A DNA stretch of 64,000 nt from positions 160,001 to 224,000 of the forward strand of contig CAVYSW010000003.1 in assembly GCA_963771275.1 (NCBI GenBank). The letters run 5' to 3'. Shown here one piece after another: positions 39,207 to 47,337 of the stretch. Both the position numbers and the translations under genes were made by a program. The notes under the pieces were generated by a model, which was not told the DNA's origin, ran no database searches, and saw nothing but the letters and a program-made list of their open reading frames with translations. The DNA is from an uncultured Gemmatimonadales bacterium. Its GTDB lineage: Bacteria; Gemmatimonadota; Gemmatimonadetes; Gemmatimonadales; GWC2-71-9. Within the stretch, counting starts at the first letter, position 1. Every line of letters begins with the position of its first letter.

Positions 39207-40016
39207 CTACCTGGTCCCCGTCAGCGAGAAGGGCGCCGTGAGCACCAGCCGGATCGGCGCGCCGGCCGGGAGCACGATGTCCACGTCCTTGGTCCCCGCC
39301 GCCACGGCGGTGCCGGCCGCGGCGCCGACGACCCCGCCGACGATCGTGCCCGTCTTGTTGCCCCCGACCACGCGGCCAACTACGGCGCCCGCCACCGCGC
39401 CGACGCCGACTTTGGCCGCGTCACCGGTCGTGATCCCCCGGCCTTTCAAGACAGTGGCCAGGCTGTCGGTGCGGGCCGCGATCGCGTAGGTCTGGCCGCC
39501 GAACTCGACCTGGTTGAACGTCAGCACCATGCGACCCTGAGCGTTCGCGTTCTCCGCCGGCGCGATGTCGGAGATCGTGCCCGTGAACACCGCGCCCGAC
39601 GGAATCACCACGTTCCCGCGCGCGTCGCGGATCGCCGCGGTCGACGTGGCCACGACGGTTTCACCCTTCTTGTTGTGCCGTGACGTGATCGTATCGGACG
39701 CCGCGAGCGTCAGGATCGTGCCCTCGCCCACCGTGCGGGTGGCGCTGGTCGGGCTCGCGGTCGCGCTCGGCGTCGGCTGGCGCGGGGCCGCCTGCGCCGG
39801 CCGCGGCGCCGCGGGCGGCAGCGTGTTCTGCCCCGGCTGGCCGGCGGGCTGGGCCGCGGGCTGCTGGCCTTGGGCCGGCTGGTCGTTGAGCGCGGCCACC
39901 GACTCGGCCGGCGCCATGCTTAGGTCCCGCATCGTCTGATCGGCGGGGGGCTGCTTTTCGCCGCCGCAGGCCATCACGGCGAGCGCGGTGAGCGCGAAGT
40001 AACGCGGCGAGTACAT
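39207..40016 (-). CDS. lipoprotein with glycine-zipper (YMGG-like) C-terminus
   Basis: AVMAC lipobox, Pro/Gln linker, GAVAGAVVGRVVGG..GGVVGAAAGT; SD AGGAGG. Confidence 0.8.
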   Translation of the reverse strand: MYSPRYFALTALAVMACGGEKQPPADQTMRDLSMAPAESVAALNDQPAQGQQPAAQPAGQPGQNTLPPAAPRPAQAAPRQPTPSATASPTSATRTVGEGTILTLAASDTITSRHNKKGETVVATSTAAIRDARGNVVIPSGAVFTGTISDIAPAENANAQGRMVLTFNQVEFGGQTYAIAARTDSLATVLKGRGITTGDAAKVGVGAVAGAVVGRVVGGNKTGTIVGGVVGAAAGTAVAAGTKDVDIVLPAGAPIRLVLTAPFSLTGTR

Positions 40017-40122
40017 CGACTCCTCCTGGTAGCTGGTACACCGAGCCAATAGCGTAACCTCATGCCGTCCGGTCGCCTTGGCAAGAGCGCGGCGCGGGGC
40101 GGTCACGGGTGGGCGACTCGGC

Positions 40123-40845
40123 TCACAACTTCGACCTGAGGAATTCCGGCGTCAGGCCCGAGAGCCACCCGGCCATCGCCGTGTAGTACCCCGACGCGAG
40201 CAGGATGCCCACCAGCACGAGCATCGCGCCGGCCACCCGGGTCACGACGGGGATCAGCCTCCGATACCGCTGGAACCAGGCGAGGAAGCGGTCGATCGCG
40301 AGCGCCGCGAGCAGGAACGGCACGCCTAACCCCAGCGAGTACACCAGCAGGAGCACGATGCCCTGCCCCAGCGTCGCGGTGGCGCTGGTGTACGTGAGCA
40401 CGGCACCCAGGATCGGCCCGATGCACGGGCTCCAGCCCGCTCCGAACGCGAGGCCGACGAGCGCGCTCCCCAGGTACCCGAGCGGCTTGTCCTGAAGGTG
40501 GACCCGCCGCTCGCGCGACAGCGGGCCCCACCGCAGGGCTCCCAGTAGGTAGAGGCCGAAGACGATGATGAGCAGACCGCCCAGCCGCTCGAGCCAGACC
40601 CGGTGGTAGTTGAGCAGCGTGCCCACGGCCGTTGCCGAGGCCCCGAGCAGCACGAAGATCGCGGTGAAGCCGAGCACGAACATGCCCGCGTGGGACAGGG
40701 CCACCCAGCGGCGTGAGCCCACGTCGTCGAGCGACAGCCCCGTGATGAACGAGACGTAGCTCGGAATCAGCGGCAGCACGCAGGGGGAGAGAAAGCTCAG
40801 CAACCCGGCGAGAAACGCGAGGGGCAGGCCGATGGAGTCGGTCAT
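40123..40845 (-). CDS. ccdA: cytochrome c biogenesis protein CcdA
   Basis: AGLLSFLSPCVLPLIP, GWSPCIGPIL. Confidence 0.93.
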   Translation of the reverse strand: MTDSIGLPLAFLAGLLSFLSPCVLPLIPSYVSFITGLSLDDVGSRRWVALSHAGMFVLGFTAIFVLLGASATAVGTLLNYHRVWLERLGGLLIIVFGLYLLGALRWGPLSRERRVHLQDKPLGYLGSALVGLAFGAGWSPCIGPILGAVLTYTSATATLGQGIVLLLVYSLGLGVPFLLAALAIDRFLAWFQRYRRLIPVVTRVAGAMLVLVGILLASGYYTAMAGWLSGLTPEFLRSKL

Positions 40846-41421
40846 GGGGAGGGCGGCCTCCCCTCAGCCTCGGGGGACCGGCGGGTCATCAAGTGCGGCA
40901 TGCCGATCATGATACACCGGCCGGGCTGGAGCCGCACGCTTGGCCGTTCACCAGCGCCGACGCTCGCCAACTCGTGAGGCCGGTCCGGCTCGGGGCTCGA
41001 CCCTGCGAACACGCCGGTGAAGCTCTGTTCGCTGTCAGCAGGTGCGCCGCTTGGCAGACCGATTGAGAACGTGCCGGGGGAGGTTGCGTTATGAAGGGAC
41101 CGTTGGACACGTCCGGACGGGCGTGTCCAAACAGCCCCTGTCCCCAGGGCCGCAAGAACTCTTGCAAGCCGGACGCGCCTGGAGCTTTGAGGCGCTCCGG
41201 GTCGCTTGAGAAGTTGCGGGCGCTGGATCAAACGACCACGGACGGGCAGGTCACTCCGGACGCCGCCTCCTTAGCAAGGTAACCGGCGCCCAACGACACT
41301 GCTTGGCGCGAACTCCTGCGCCCCTGCCCACCGGCCGGCGCGTGGCCGTGGCGGCTTGTGCCCCGCGGGAACCCAGTCACGACTGGTACGCCAGGGCGTG
41401 CCCTGGAGCGAGGGGGGAGTC

Positions 41422-41874
41422 TCATCTCTGAGGCGAGCGATCCTTCCCTGCAGGAGGCGGAACGAGGCGAATCGGGACGACGACACCGGTCTCCCGCCAC
41501 CAGGTCGCAAGAACGGGGCTCTGCCAAAGCACACCCTGAAAGGTCGAGACGGAGAGGATGTAGAGTTGGTTTGATGGAACCCCGGAGTCGACGAGCTGCC
41601 AGAGCGAGAGATTCAAGCCCATGCGCTTGGTCTCTCCAGGAGCCAGCAGGGCCTCCGTCACGACTGTCGTATCTGGAACCTCGTGCGTGAAATCCGCGAC
41701 CCGAATGACCGCGCGCACAGAATCGGTGAGCGTGTTGCGGAGAACCAGGGGCGCCGTCCGGTTTGGGTCGCGGACTGCACACCAGGAGCCCAGGGACGCG
41801 GCCATGAGAACTGCCACCAGCAGGACTCCCTGCCTCCACTGCCGGCCGCCAGCGCTTTTGTGAGCCACCACCAT
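41422..41874 (-). CDS. hypothetical secreted/membrane-anchored protein
   Basis: SD GGGAGG, ATG at 41874, hydrophobic N-terminus GVLLVAVLMAASLGSWC. Confidence 0.5.
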   Translation of the reverse strand: MVVAHKSAGGRQWRQGVLLVAVLMAASLGSWCAVRDPNRTAPLVLRNTLTDSVRAVIRVADFTHEVPDTTVVTEALLAPGETKRMGLNLSLWQLVDSGVPSNQLYILSVSTFQGVLWQSPVLATWWRETGVVVPIRLVPPPAGKDRSPQR

Positions 41875-42020
41875 TGGGGGACCCTCCCACTTGTCAGTGT
41901 CCGAGCTACCGTGAGTGTTGACACTCCTGCCCGGCCAGGGAAAGGAGAGCCGCAGGTTGCGGTGCAGCGCCCGCTCCCCTTGGCCGGGCCGCGTGAGTGG
42001 GTCTGCGCGCACTACTACCC

Positions 42021-42174
42021 ATGGGGCGCTTCACGGGGTTGAAACCGATCAGCGAGAAGCGCTCCCCGCGCACCGCCCGGCTGCTGAAACGGCTCCAGAA
42101 GATCGCGGAACCTCCCCGCCGCCGATCAGCGCACCGTCCTCAAGCTCCTCGACGCCCTCCACGCCGCCCGCTAG
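42021..42174 (+). pseudogene. C-terminal remnant of XRE-family regulator, frameshifted
   Basis: GLKPISEKRSPRTARLLKRLQKIAE[+1 at ~42111]LPAADQRTVLKLLDALHAAR*; HTH absent. Confidence 0.6.
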
Positions 42175-42220
42175 CGCGAGCGGCCCCGCGCCCGCGCCAC
42201 CGCTGGCCGCTAAGCGAAGA

Positions 42221-42242
42221 AGCCCGGCTGTTAGGCCGGGCT
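42221..42242 (-). terminator. hairpin, probable terminator of the immunity gene
   Basis: AGCCCGGC-6 nt-GCCGGGCT followed by TCTT on minus strand. Confidence 0.5.
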
Positions 42243-42273
42243 CCCCTGGGACATGAAATGACCCAGAATCCTG

Positions 42274-42735
42274 CTAGCTAGGCTCCTCGTTCAAAGGGGA
42301 CTGAGAGGCCATCTGTACTGATTCGGCGATCCGCCACTGTACGAAGACCACCTCGAACCAGCTATACCCCTCTCGCCGGAACAGGGCCCGGTAGCTCGGC
42401 ACGGTCAGACGAGTGCGAGTTGGCGCAGCATGCTCGATACGCAAACAGGCAATCTCACCGTGGCCCCAATTGACCGACGCCGAGCCACCCACCATGCCGT
42501 CCACAAGATCGTTAACGAGGTGAAGGTCGCTCACGCCCAGGAAACGAATGGAGACGATCCGGCGGCTGACTCCTGTCGACCGAACGCTGCCATCGTCCTG
42601 CCAGACGAAGTCGATGTCGACGTTGAGCGACGTACCCCAGTCCAGCCACTCAACGCCGACGACGACACACTCCTCAAAATCGCGGTAGGCGTGCACTTGA
42701 GCGCGTAGCGCCGCGAGCTCGTTCACCGGTTCCAT
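42274..42735 (-). CDS. putative immunity protein of the Rhs CT toxin
   Basis: Start overlaps toxin stop (ATG 42735, or GTGA at 42726); acidic/aromatic ~150 aa; low GC. Confidence 0.7.
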   Translation of the reverse strand: MEPVNELAALRAQVHAYRDFEECVVVGVEWLDWGTSLNVDIDFVWQDDGSVRSTGVSRRIVSIRFLGVSDLHLVNDLVDGMVGGSASVNWGHGEIACLRIEHAAPTRTRLTVPSYRALFRREGYSWFEVVFVQWRIAESVQMASQSPLNEEPS

Positions 42736-43350
42736 ATCGTCAAGTGAGTCGTAGCATTCGAGCCCGGGTTTCCCATCGCGTCAAGATAGTTGCCGGCGGC
42801 GTTCTTCGCGCGCATGTACCACCCGTTCGCGCCGCGCATAAGCCGAACTTCTTCACCGGTGCCGTTAGTAAACAGATAGCCCTGCTTGTTCTCGGCTAGC
42901 CTCATTGCGAAGCCGCCCTCCTTCAGGGCCGCGCGAATACCAATGATCGATTCATCGGCAAGTGCGCCACCCTCCGAGAATAGCGCCCGGAGCCCGGCAC
43001 TCGCGCCCTTGAGTCCACGACCGATCGCCCCGCCGCCGACGGTGAAGGCCGCCATCGCAAGGCCACGCCCGGCGTGACCACTACCTATGTCGTAGCCTGC
43101 GTCAAAGGCGGCGCTGATCGGATTGAAGTCATTGACTGCGTTGAGCGCGGCGGCACCGTTCAAGACTACACCGCCTACAACGCCACCCTTCTGCGCGCCC
43201 CAATTCGCGGCTTGCTGAAGGCAGTCTTCGATCGGCGGGCACAGCCCAAACGGGTCGCTGAAGTTGACCGGATCCCCGTTGGCGAAGCCATAGAGGTAGC
43301 CCGCCGGCGTAGCCGATCGGGTCTTCCTGGGTAAGACACCCGGTCGCCGT
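42723..43350 (-). pseudogene. rhs: orphan Rhs core fragment plus C-terminal toxin domain (frameshifted, no cognate start)
   Basis: TATGCLTQEDPIGYAGGL[fs ~43296]LYGFANGDPVNFSDPFGL then 172-aa CT ending YMRAKNAAGNYLDAMGNPGSNATTHLTIWNR. Confidence 0.85.
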
Positions 43351-43526
43351 GTTGGGCTACGATTTCGCCGCGCTAACCGCCTGCGACTCGCTCCCTTAGC
43401 CGCTCACCCCTCCTGATTCTTGATCGTAATCTGCACTCAAAACCGCCGACGTGCACTTCCGAGGGGGGGTGGGGCGCGCTTGGGGGGTCGGGGACCGTCT
43501 CAGCAGGGTGCGGTTTCAACCGCGGC

Positions 43527-43892
43527 CTACGAGTCGGGGTGATACTCCCGGATCTGGTCGCGATGAACGATCCACAGCTTTCCCGCCACAGGGCGAGCGG
43601 GCGCCGCCTGTACCAGGGTCCGGACCGCGTGCCGGAGCGCCGCCTGCGTGGCCCGTGCCGGCAATCGGATCACCACGATGCCACTGTACGAGGCGGGGTG
43701 AAAGAGCAGCGGATTGCCGAACTCGAGGTCCAAGGTGACCAGGCAGCGTGCCTCCCTATGGGCGGCGTCCAGGACGCGCCGATCAGACGCTCCCTGGAGT
43801 TCCTCTTCACCCACGGTGATCACATCGTGCGCCGCCGCCCGCAGGGCGTCGGCGACCGCCTGGCCGAGGTTCTCGTCGAGCTTGAAGTTCAC
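43527..43892 (-). CDS. DUF5615 PIN-like toxin (VapC45-type)
   Basis: FKLDENL, GASDRRVL, RCLVTLDLEFG, GIVVIRL. Confidence 0.88.
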   Translation of the reverse strand: MNFKLDENLGQAVADALRAAAHDVITVGEEELQGASDRRVLDAAHREARCLVTLDLEFGNPLLFHPASYSGIVVIRLPARATQAALRHAVRTLVQAAPARPVAGKLWIVHRDQIREYHPDS

Positions 43893-44134
43893 GCCCCCGC
43901 GCCAGAGACATCCACGTAACGCTCGCGCGCCATCTCGGCCCCGTACGCGATGCAGGCGCGGATGTCCTCAGCCGTGAGGTCCGGGTACTGTGTGAGAATC
44001 TCCTCGACCGTCATCCCGTCGGCCAGGAAGTCGAGCACCAACGACACCCAGATACGGTGTCCTCGAATGCACGGCTTCCCAAAACAGACGTTCGGGTCCA
44101 CCGTAATGCGAGCCAGCAGCGTGTCACGATCCAC
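43889..44134 (-). CDS. DUF433 antitoxin (VapB45-type)
   Basis: RITVDPNVCFGKPCIRGHRI..GMTVEEILTQYPDLTAEDIRACIAY; GTGA overlap with toxin; SD GGAGGG. Confidence 0.92.
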   Translation of the reverse strand: MDRDTLLARITVDPNVCFGKPCIRGHRIWVSLVLDFLADGMTVEEILTQYPDLTAEDIRACIAYGAEMARERYVDVSGAGA

Positions 44135-44233
44135 GGGCGCCCCTCCACGATGGAAAGCTAGTGGCGGCCTCGCTACCCCGCCATGTCCGCTCCCGAGCCT
44201 CAGCTGATGATGGCTACGCTCGTCCTGGACTGC

Positions 44234-44674
44234 ATGCCCCGGCCCCGGCCCGACGACTTCGCCCCCCGCCTCGCCGCCCTGCGGAAGGCGCGCCGCCTCA
44301 CCCAGCAGGCCCTGGCCGAGCAGGTGGGCCTCCACGTCATGCAAATCCACCGCTACGAGGCCGGCACCTCCCAGCCTACGCTCGATGTCATCCGCCGCTT
44401 AGCCGTCACGTTGGGCGTCACCGCCGACGAGCTCGTCTTCGGCCCCGACGCTCGCGGGCCCGACCAGGACCTCAAGCTCCAGTTTGAAGCGGTGAGTCGG
44501 TTCAGCCGCGAGGAAAAACGCGCCGCCCGGGACCTCCTCGATGCCCTCATCCTCAAACACCAAGCCCGGCACCACCCCATTGCGCCGGCGCGTGCTGGGT
44601 CACCACCGGCGCGTTCTCGCACTTCCGCCGCGCACCATGAAGCGTCGGGGCGCGGCATCGTGCACCCACAATGA
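44234..44674 (+). CDS. XRE-family HTH transcriptional regulator
   Basis: RLAALRKARRLTQQALAEQVG..RYEAGTSQPTLDVIRRLA..ADELVFG..LKLQFEAVSRF; start uncertain (44183-44234). Confidence 0.88.
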   Translation: MPRPRPDDFAPRLAALRKARRLTQQALAEQVGLHVMQIHRYEAGTSQPTLDVIRRLAVTLGVTADELVFGPDARGPDQDLKLQFEAVSRFSREEKRAARDLLDALILKHQARHHPIAPARAGSPPARSRTSAAHHEASGRGIVHPQ

Positions 44675-44842
44675 GGATGCGGGGCCCAATGCACAAGTTG
44701 CTACCGGTAGCAGGTCTTGGCCTGCTAGTGGTAGCAGTGTCTGCCTGGCAGAAGCGGAGATACGATCTGTCAGATTGGCGGAATCAAGGTCGTGAGGGTG
44801 CCAGCGGGCCCCGCGAGCTCACCGGACTCCTCTTCAACTGTA

Positions 44843-45786
44843 CTAGATGCGGCCCAGCGCCCGGGCGTGGAACCCGATCAGCTTGTAGACCAGCTTGGCG
44901 GCGAGGAAATCGGGGGCGACCATCCCGGGAATCGGCGCCAGCTCCACGACGTCGGCGCCCACCACGTTGCGCTCCCGGAACACGCGGTCGAGGAAGCGAA
45001 TCGTGGAGTTCCACTGCCCGCCGCCCGGCTCGGGGGTACCGGTCGCGGGCACGCAGGCCGGGTCGAAGTAGTCCACGTCGATCGTGAGGTAGACGTCCGG
45101 CCCCAGCCCGGCGATCGCCCGATCCATCCAGGACTCATCCTCCAGCTCGTGGCCGAACACCACGGTCATGCGCCGGCGCCGCTGGAGCGCCCGTTCCTCG
45201 GCGGTGAGCGAACGGATGCCCACCTGCACCAGCTTCACGCGCTCGTGCACCGTGTGCATCACGCACGCGTGGGACAGCGGCGTGCCCTCGTACTCCGCGC
45301 GCAGGTCGGCGTGCGCGTCGAGCTGGAGCACCGACAGCTTCCCCTTCTTCTGCCGGTCGGCATGGGCGAGGATCGGCGGGCCCGAGACGCTGTGCTCGCC
45401 GCCCAGCATGATGACGAACTTGCCGGTGGGAAGCAGGGCGTCGAACGCCTGCGCAACTCGCGCGAGCGCGCGCGCGGGCCCCGCCCCCGAGAGCAGCAGC
45501 GTCGGGCAGGGTGTGCACGCCGATGCGTGTAGGGCTCCGCGTCGAGCTCGTGGTCGTACAGCTCGACGAACCGCGACGCGTGGAGCAACGCGCGCGGTCC
45601 GAACCGGGTGCCCCCCATGTAGGAGACCGTCGCCTCGTAGGGGACCGGGAGGATCAGCACCGCGGCGCCGTCGTAGCGCGCCGCGTCCTCGGGGAGGCCA
45701 AGGAGATTCTCCGCGGGAGCCCAGCCGAGCCGCTCGAGCGCCTTGGTGTGGCCCTCCACCCGACCGCCGCCGCGGAACTCGTTCAC
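44843..45786 (-). pseudogene. speB: agmatinase, interrupted by two +1 indels (pseudogene or sequencing error)
   Basis: PYEATVSY..GPRAL in one frame; GGEHS, DAHAD, DVD, GTPEPGG in another; extra bases at ~45525 and ~45503. Confidence 0.88.
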
Positions 45787-45796
45787 CGGGGCGGGC

Positions 45797-46357
45797 TCAC
45801 TCGCAGAAGATCACCGCGGACAGCGCCGTGACCCACCGCCCGTCGTCCTGCGCCTCGGCCGTCTGGCTGATGTGCAGGGTCTTCACCATCTCGCCCGACA
45901 GCAGCCACTGCTCCTTGCGCTGGTCCCACGCCTGGTCGGGGTCGAACGGCACGCCGAGCACGGTGGCGAGCATGCTGGCGGCGAGGTCCTCGGCGTAATC
46001 GCCCGCGGACTGCTGGCGCTGGCCGAACGCGTGGTGTTCCGAGATGTAGCCGTGGTGCGAGGGATCCGCCGGGATCGCGAGGCCGATCGCCGACGCGGCG
46101 AGGCGCGACGGCTCGTTGGTCTCCGCCTGCGCCACGACCGCGAAGACCACCTGACCGGGTTGCAGCAGCTTCAAGCCCTCTTCCCGCGAGATCAGCTGGC
46201 AGTTCGGCGGGAAGATCGAGCTCACCCGCACCAGGTTGTACTGCGCGACGTGCGCCTCACGCAGCGCCATCTCGAAGCTCGTGAGCTTCTCCCGGTGCCG
46301 GCCGACGCCCTTGGTGAGAAACGCCTTGGTCGGGACGAACAACTTGGGATCGATCAC
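45797..46357 (-). CDS. pdaD: pyruvoyl-dependent arginine decarboxylase
   Basis: SFEMALREA..NLVRVSSIFP self-cleavage site, GYISEHH. Confidence 0.9.
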   Translation of the reverse strand: MIDPKLFVPTKAFLTKGVGRHREKLTSFEMALREAHVAQYNLVRVSSIFPPNCQLISREEGLKLLQPGQVVFAVVAQAETNEPSRLAASAIGLAIPADPSHHGYISEHHAFGQRQQSAGDYAEDLAASMLATVLGVPFDPDQAWDQRKEQWLLSGEMVKTLHISQTAEAQDDGRWVTALSAVIFCE

Positions 46358-46821
46358 CGTGCTGTCCCCTCGCGCTCAATGGTTCCGGCCCGCACCGTCA
46401 CGGCATGTCGGCGGCACTCGCCGCACTCCCCGTAGATCTCCCACCGATGACGATGGTGCAGATACCCGTGCTCCTCGGCGATGGCCGTGCTCATCCGCTC
46501 GACGCGCGCGGTGGCGAACTCCACCACGCGGCCACAGCGCACGCAGATCAGATGCTCGTGATAGCCGCGCGCCGCCAACGGCTCGTACCGCCTGAACCCC
46601 TCACCGAAATCGTGCTCCTGCAGCAGGCCCGCCTTGACCAGCAGCTCGAGCGTGCGGTAGACGGTCGCCTTGCCGACGTGCTCCGCCTGCTCGGCCAGCG
46701 CAAGCTCGATCTCGGGCACCGACACGTGACGATCCGCGTAGAACACGGCGGCCGCCACGACTTCGCGCTGGCGCGTCACAGGCAACCCGTGCTCATGCAG
46801 GTACTGGCGAAACGCCCCCAT
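46354..46821 (-). CDS. Fur family transcriptional regulator
   Basis: TRQREVV, ATVYRTLELL, HEHLICVRCG, YGECGEC; start may be GTG at 46860. Confidence 0.92.
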   Translation of the reverse strand: MGAFRQYLHEHGLPVTRQREVVAAAVFYADRHVSVPEIELALAEQAEHVGKATVYRTLELLVKAGLLQEHDFGEGFRRYEPLAARGYHEHLICVRCGRVVEFATARVERMSTAIAEEHGYLHHRHRWEIYGECGECRRHAVTVRAGTIEREGTAR

Positions 46822-46834
46822 CAGGAGGGCGCCG

Positions 46835-47272
46835 TCAGCGCGCGGCGGGGGATTGGTCACGGTCGTCGAACCAGGTCGCCGGCACGATCTCGAGTGGCGG
46901 CTCCGCCTCGCCCGCACGCTGCTGCACGCCGCGGATCACCTCGGGGAGCACGTCATCGGGCGTCTCGCCCACGTCTTCGACCCCCACCTGCCCCTGCCCC
47001 CGCTCCCGCCCGCGCACCACGAGGTGGTAGCTGCCGGTGTACACTCGCAGCCGGCCCGCGCTGACGCGCCGGGCAATCACCGCCGTGCCCCACTCCCGGT
47101 CCTCGCCGCGCATGGGCGGAAACAGCCACGCGCGCTCGATCTCGGCAACCGGCATGGTCCGGGCAACCTCCTCCGCCACGCGCCGCCAGCCGAGCGGCAG
47201 GCCTGCCGCCGCGGCGGGGCGCGACGGCGCGCGCGCCGCCTCGAGGTCTGGCGCAGGACGGGGCTCGGTCAC
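46835..47272 (-). CDS. hypothetical protein
   Basis: Typical codon usage, WLFPPMR..EWGTAV; promoter immediately upstream. Confidence 0.7.
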   Translation of the reverse strand: MTEPRPAPDLEAARAPSRPAAAAGLPLGWRRVAEEVARTMPVAEIERAWLFPPMRGEDREWGTAVIARRVSAGRLRVYTGSYHLVVRGRERGQGQVGVEDVGETPDDVLPEVIRGVQQRAGEAEPPLEIVPATWFDDRDQSPAAR

Positions 47273-47280
47273 GGCGCAGC

Positions 47281-47309
47281 AAGATACCGGTGGGGGCCCC
47301 CCCGTTCAA
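47281..47309 (-). promoter_or_regulatory. sigma70-type promoter for orf-fur-pdaD-speB
   Basis: TTGAAC-17 bp-TATCTT, 8 nt before GTG. Confidence 0.65.
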
Positions 47310-47337
47310 CCCGGCGCCCGACCGGCGATCCGGCACG

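Larger units (their letters stand above)
40920..44790. mobile_element. degenerate accessory islet (orphan Rhs toxin/immunity, TA pair, XRE regulators); boundaries approximate
   Basis: Lower GC (hand count 34/60 at 42721-42780 vs 49/60 at 48901-48960), fragmentary ORFs between ccdA and speB; no integrase seen. Confidence 0.65.

Noticed and set aside
40925..40965. LGR-FTSAD resembling another Rhs core remnant
   Set aside because: Needs an indel and is only ~8 residues, so it cannot be told from chance
41102..41132. Integron attC-like site (GTTGGAC...GTCCAAAC)
   Set aside because: Core sites are in the wrong order, the element is too short, and there is no integrase or cassette array
43410..43445. 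AT-rich patch resembling a Xer/dif-like half site
   Set aside because: Poor match to XerC/XerD arms and no partner site found
42037..43521. 11-bp inverted repeat GGTTGAAACCG / CGGTTTCAACC flanking the XRE remnant-Rhs module
   Set aside because: An 11-bp match is expected by chance in a few kb; no transposase or target duplication
44671..45087. ORF beginning MRMRGPMHKLLPVAGLGLLVVAVSAW
   Set aside because: Only the first ~40 codons look signal-peptide-like; the rest runs antisense into speB, so at best a truncated remnant
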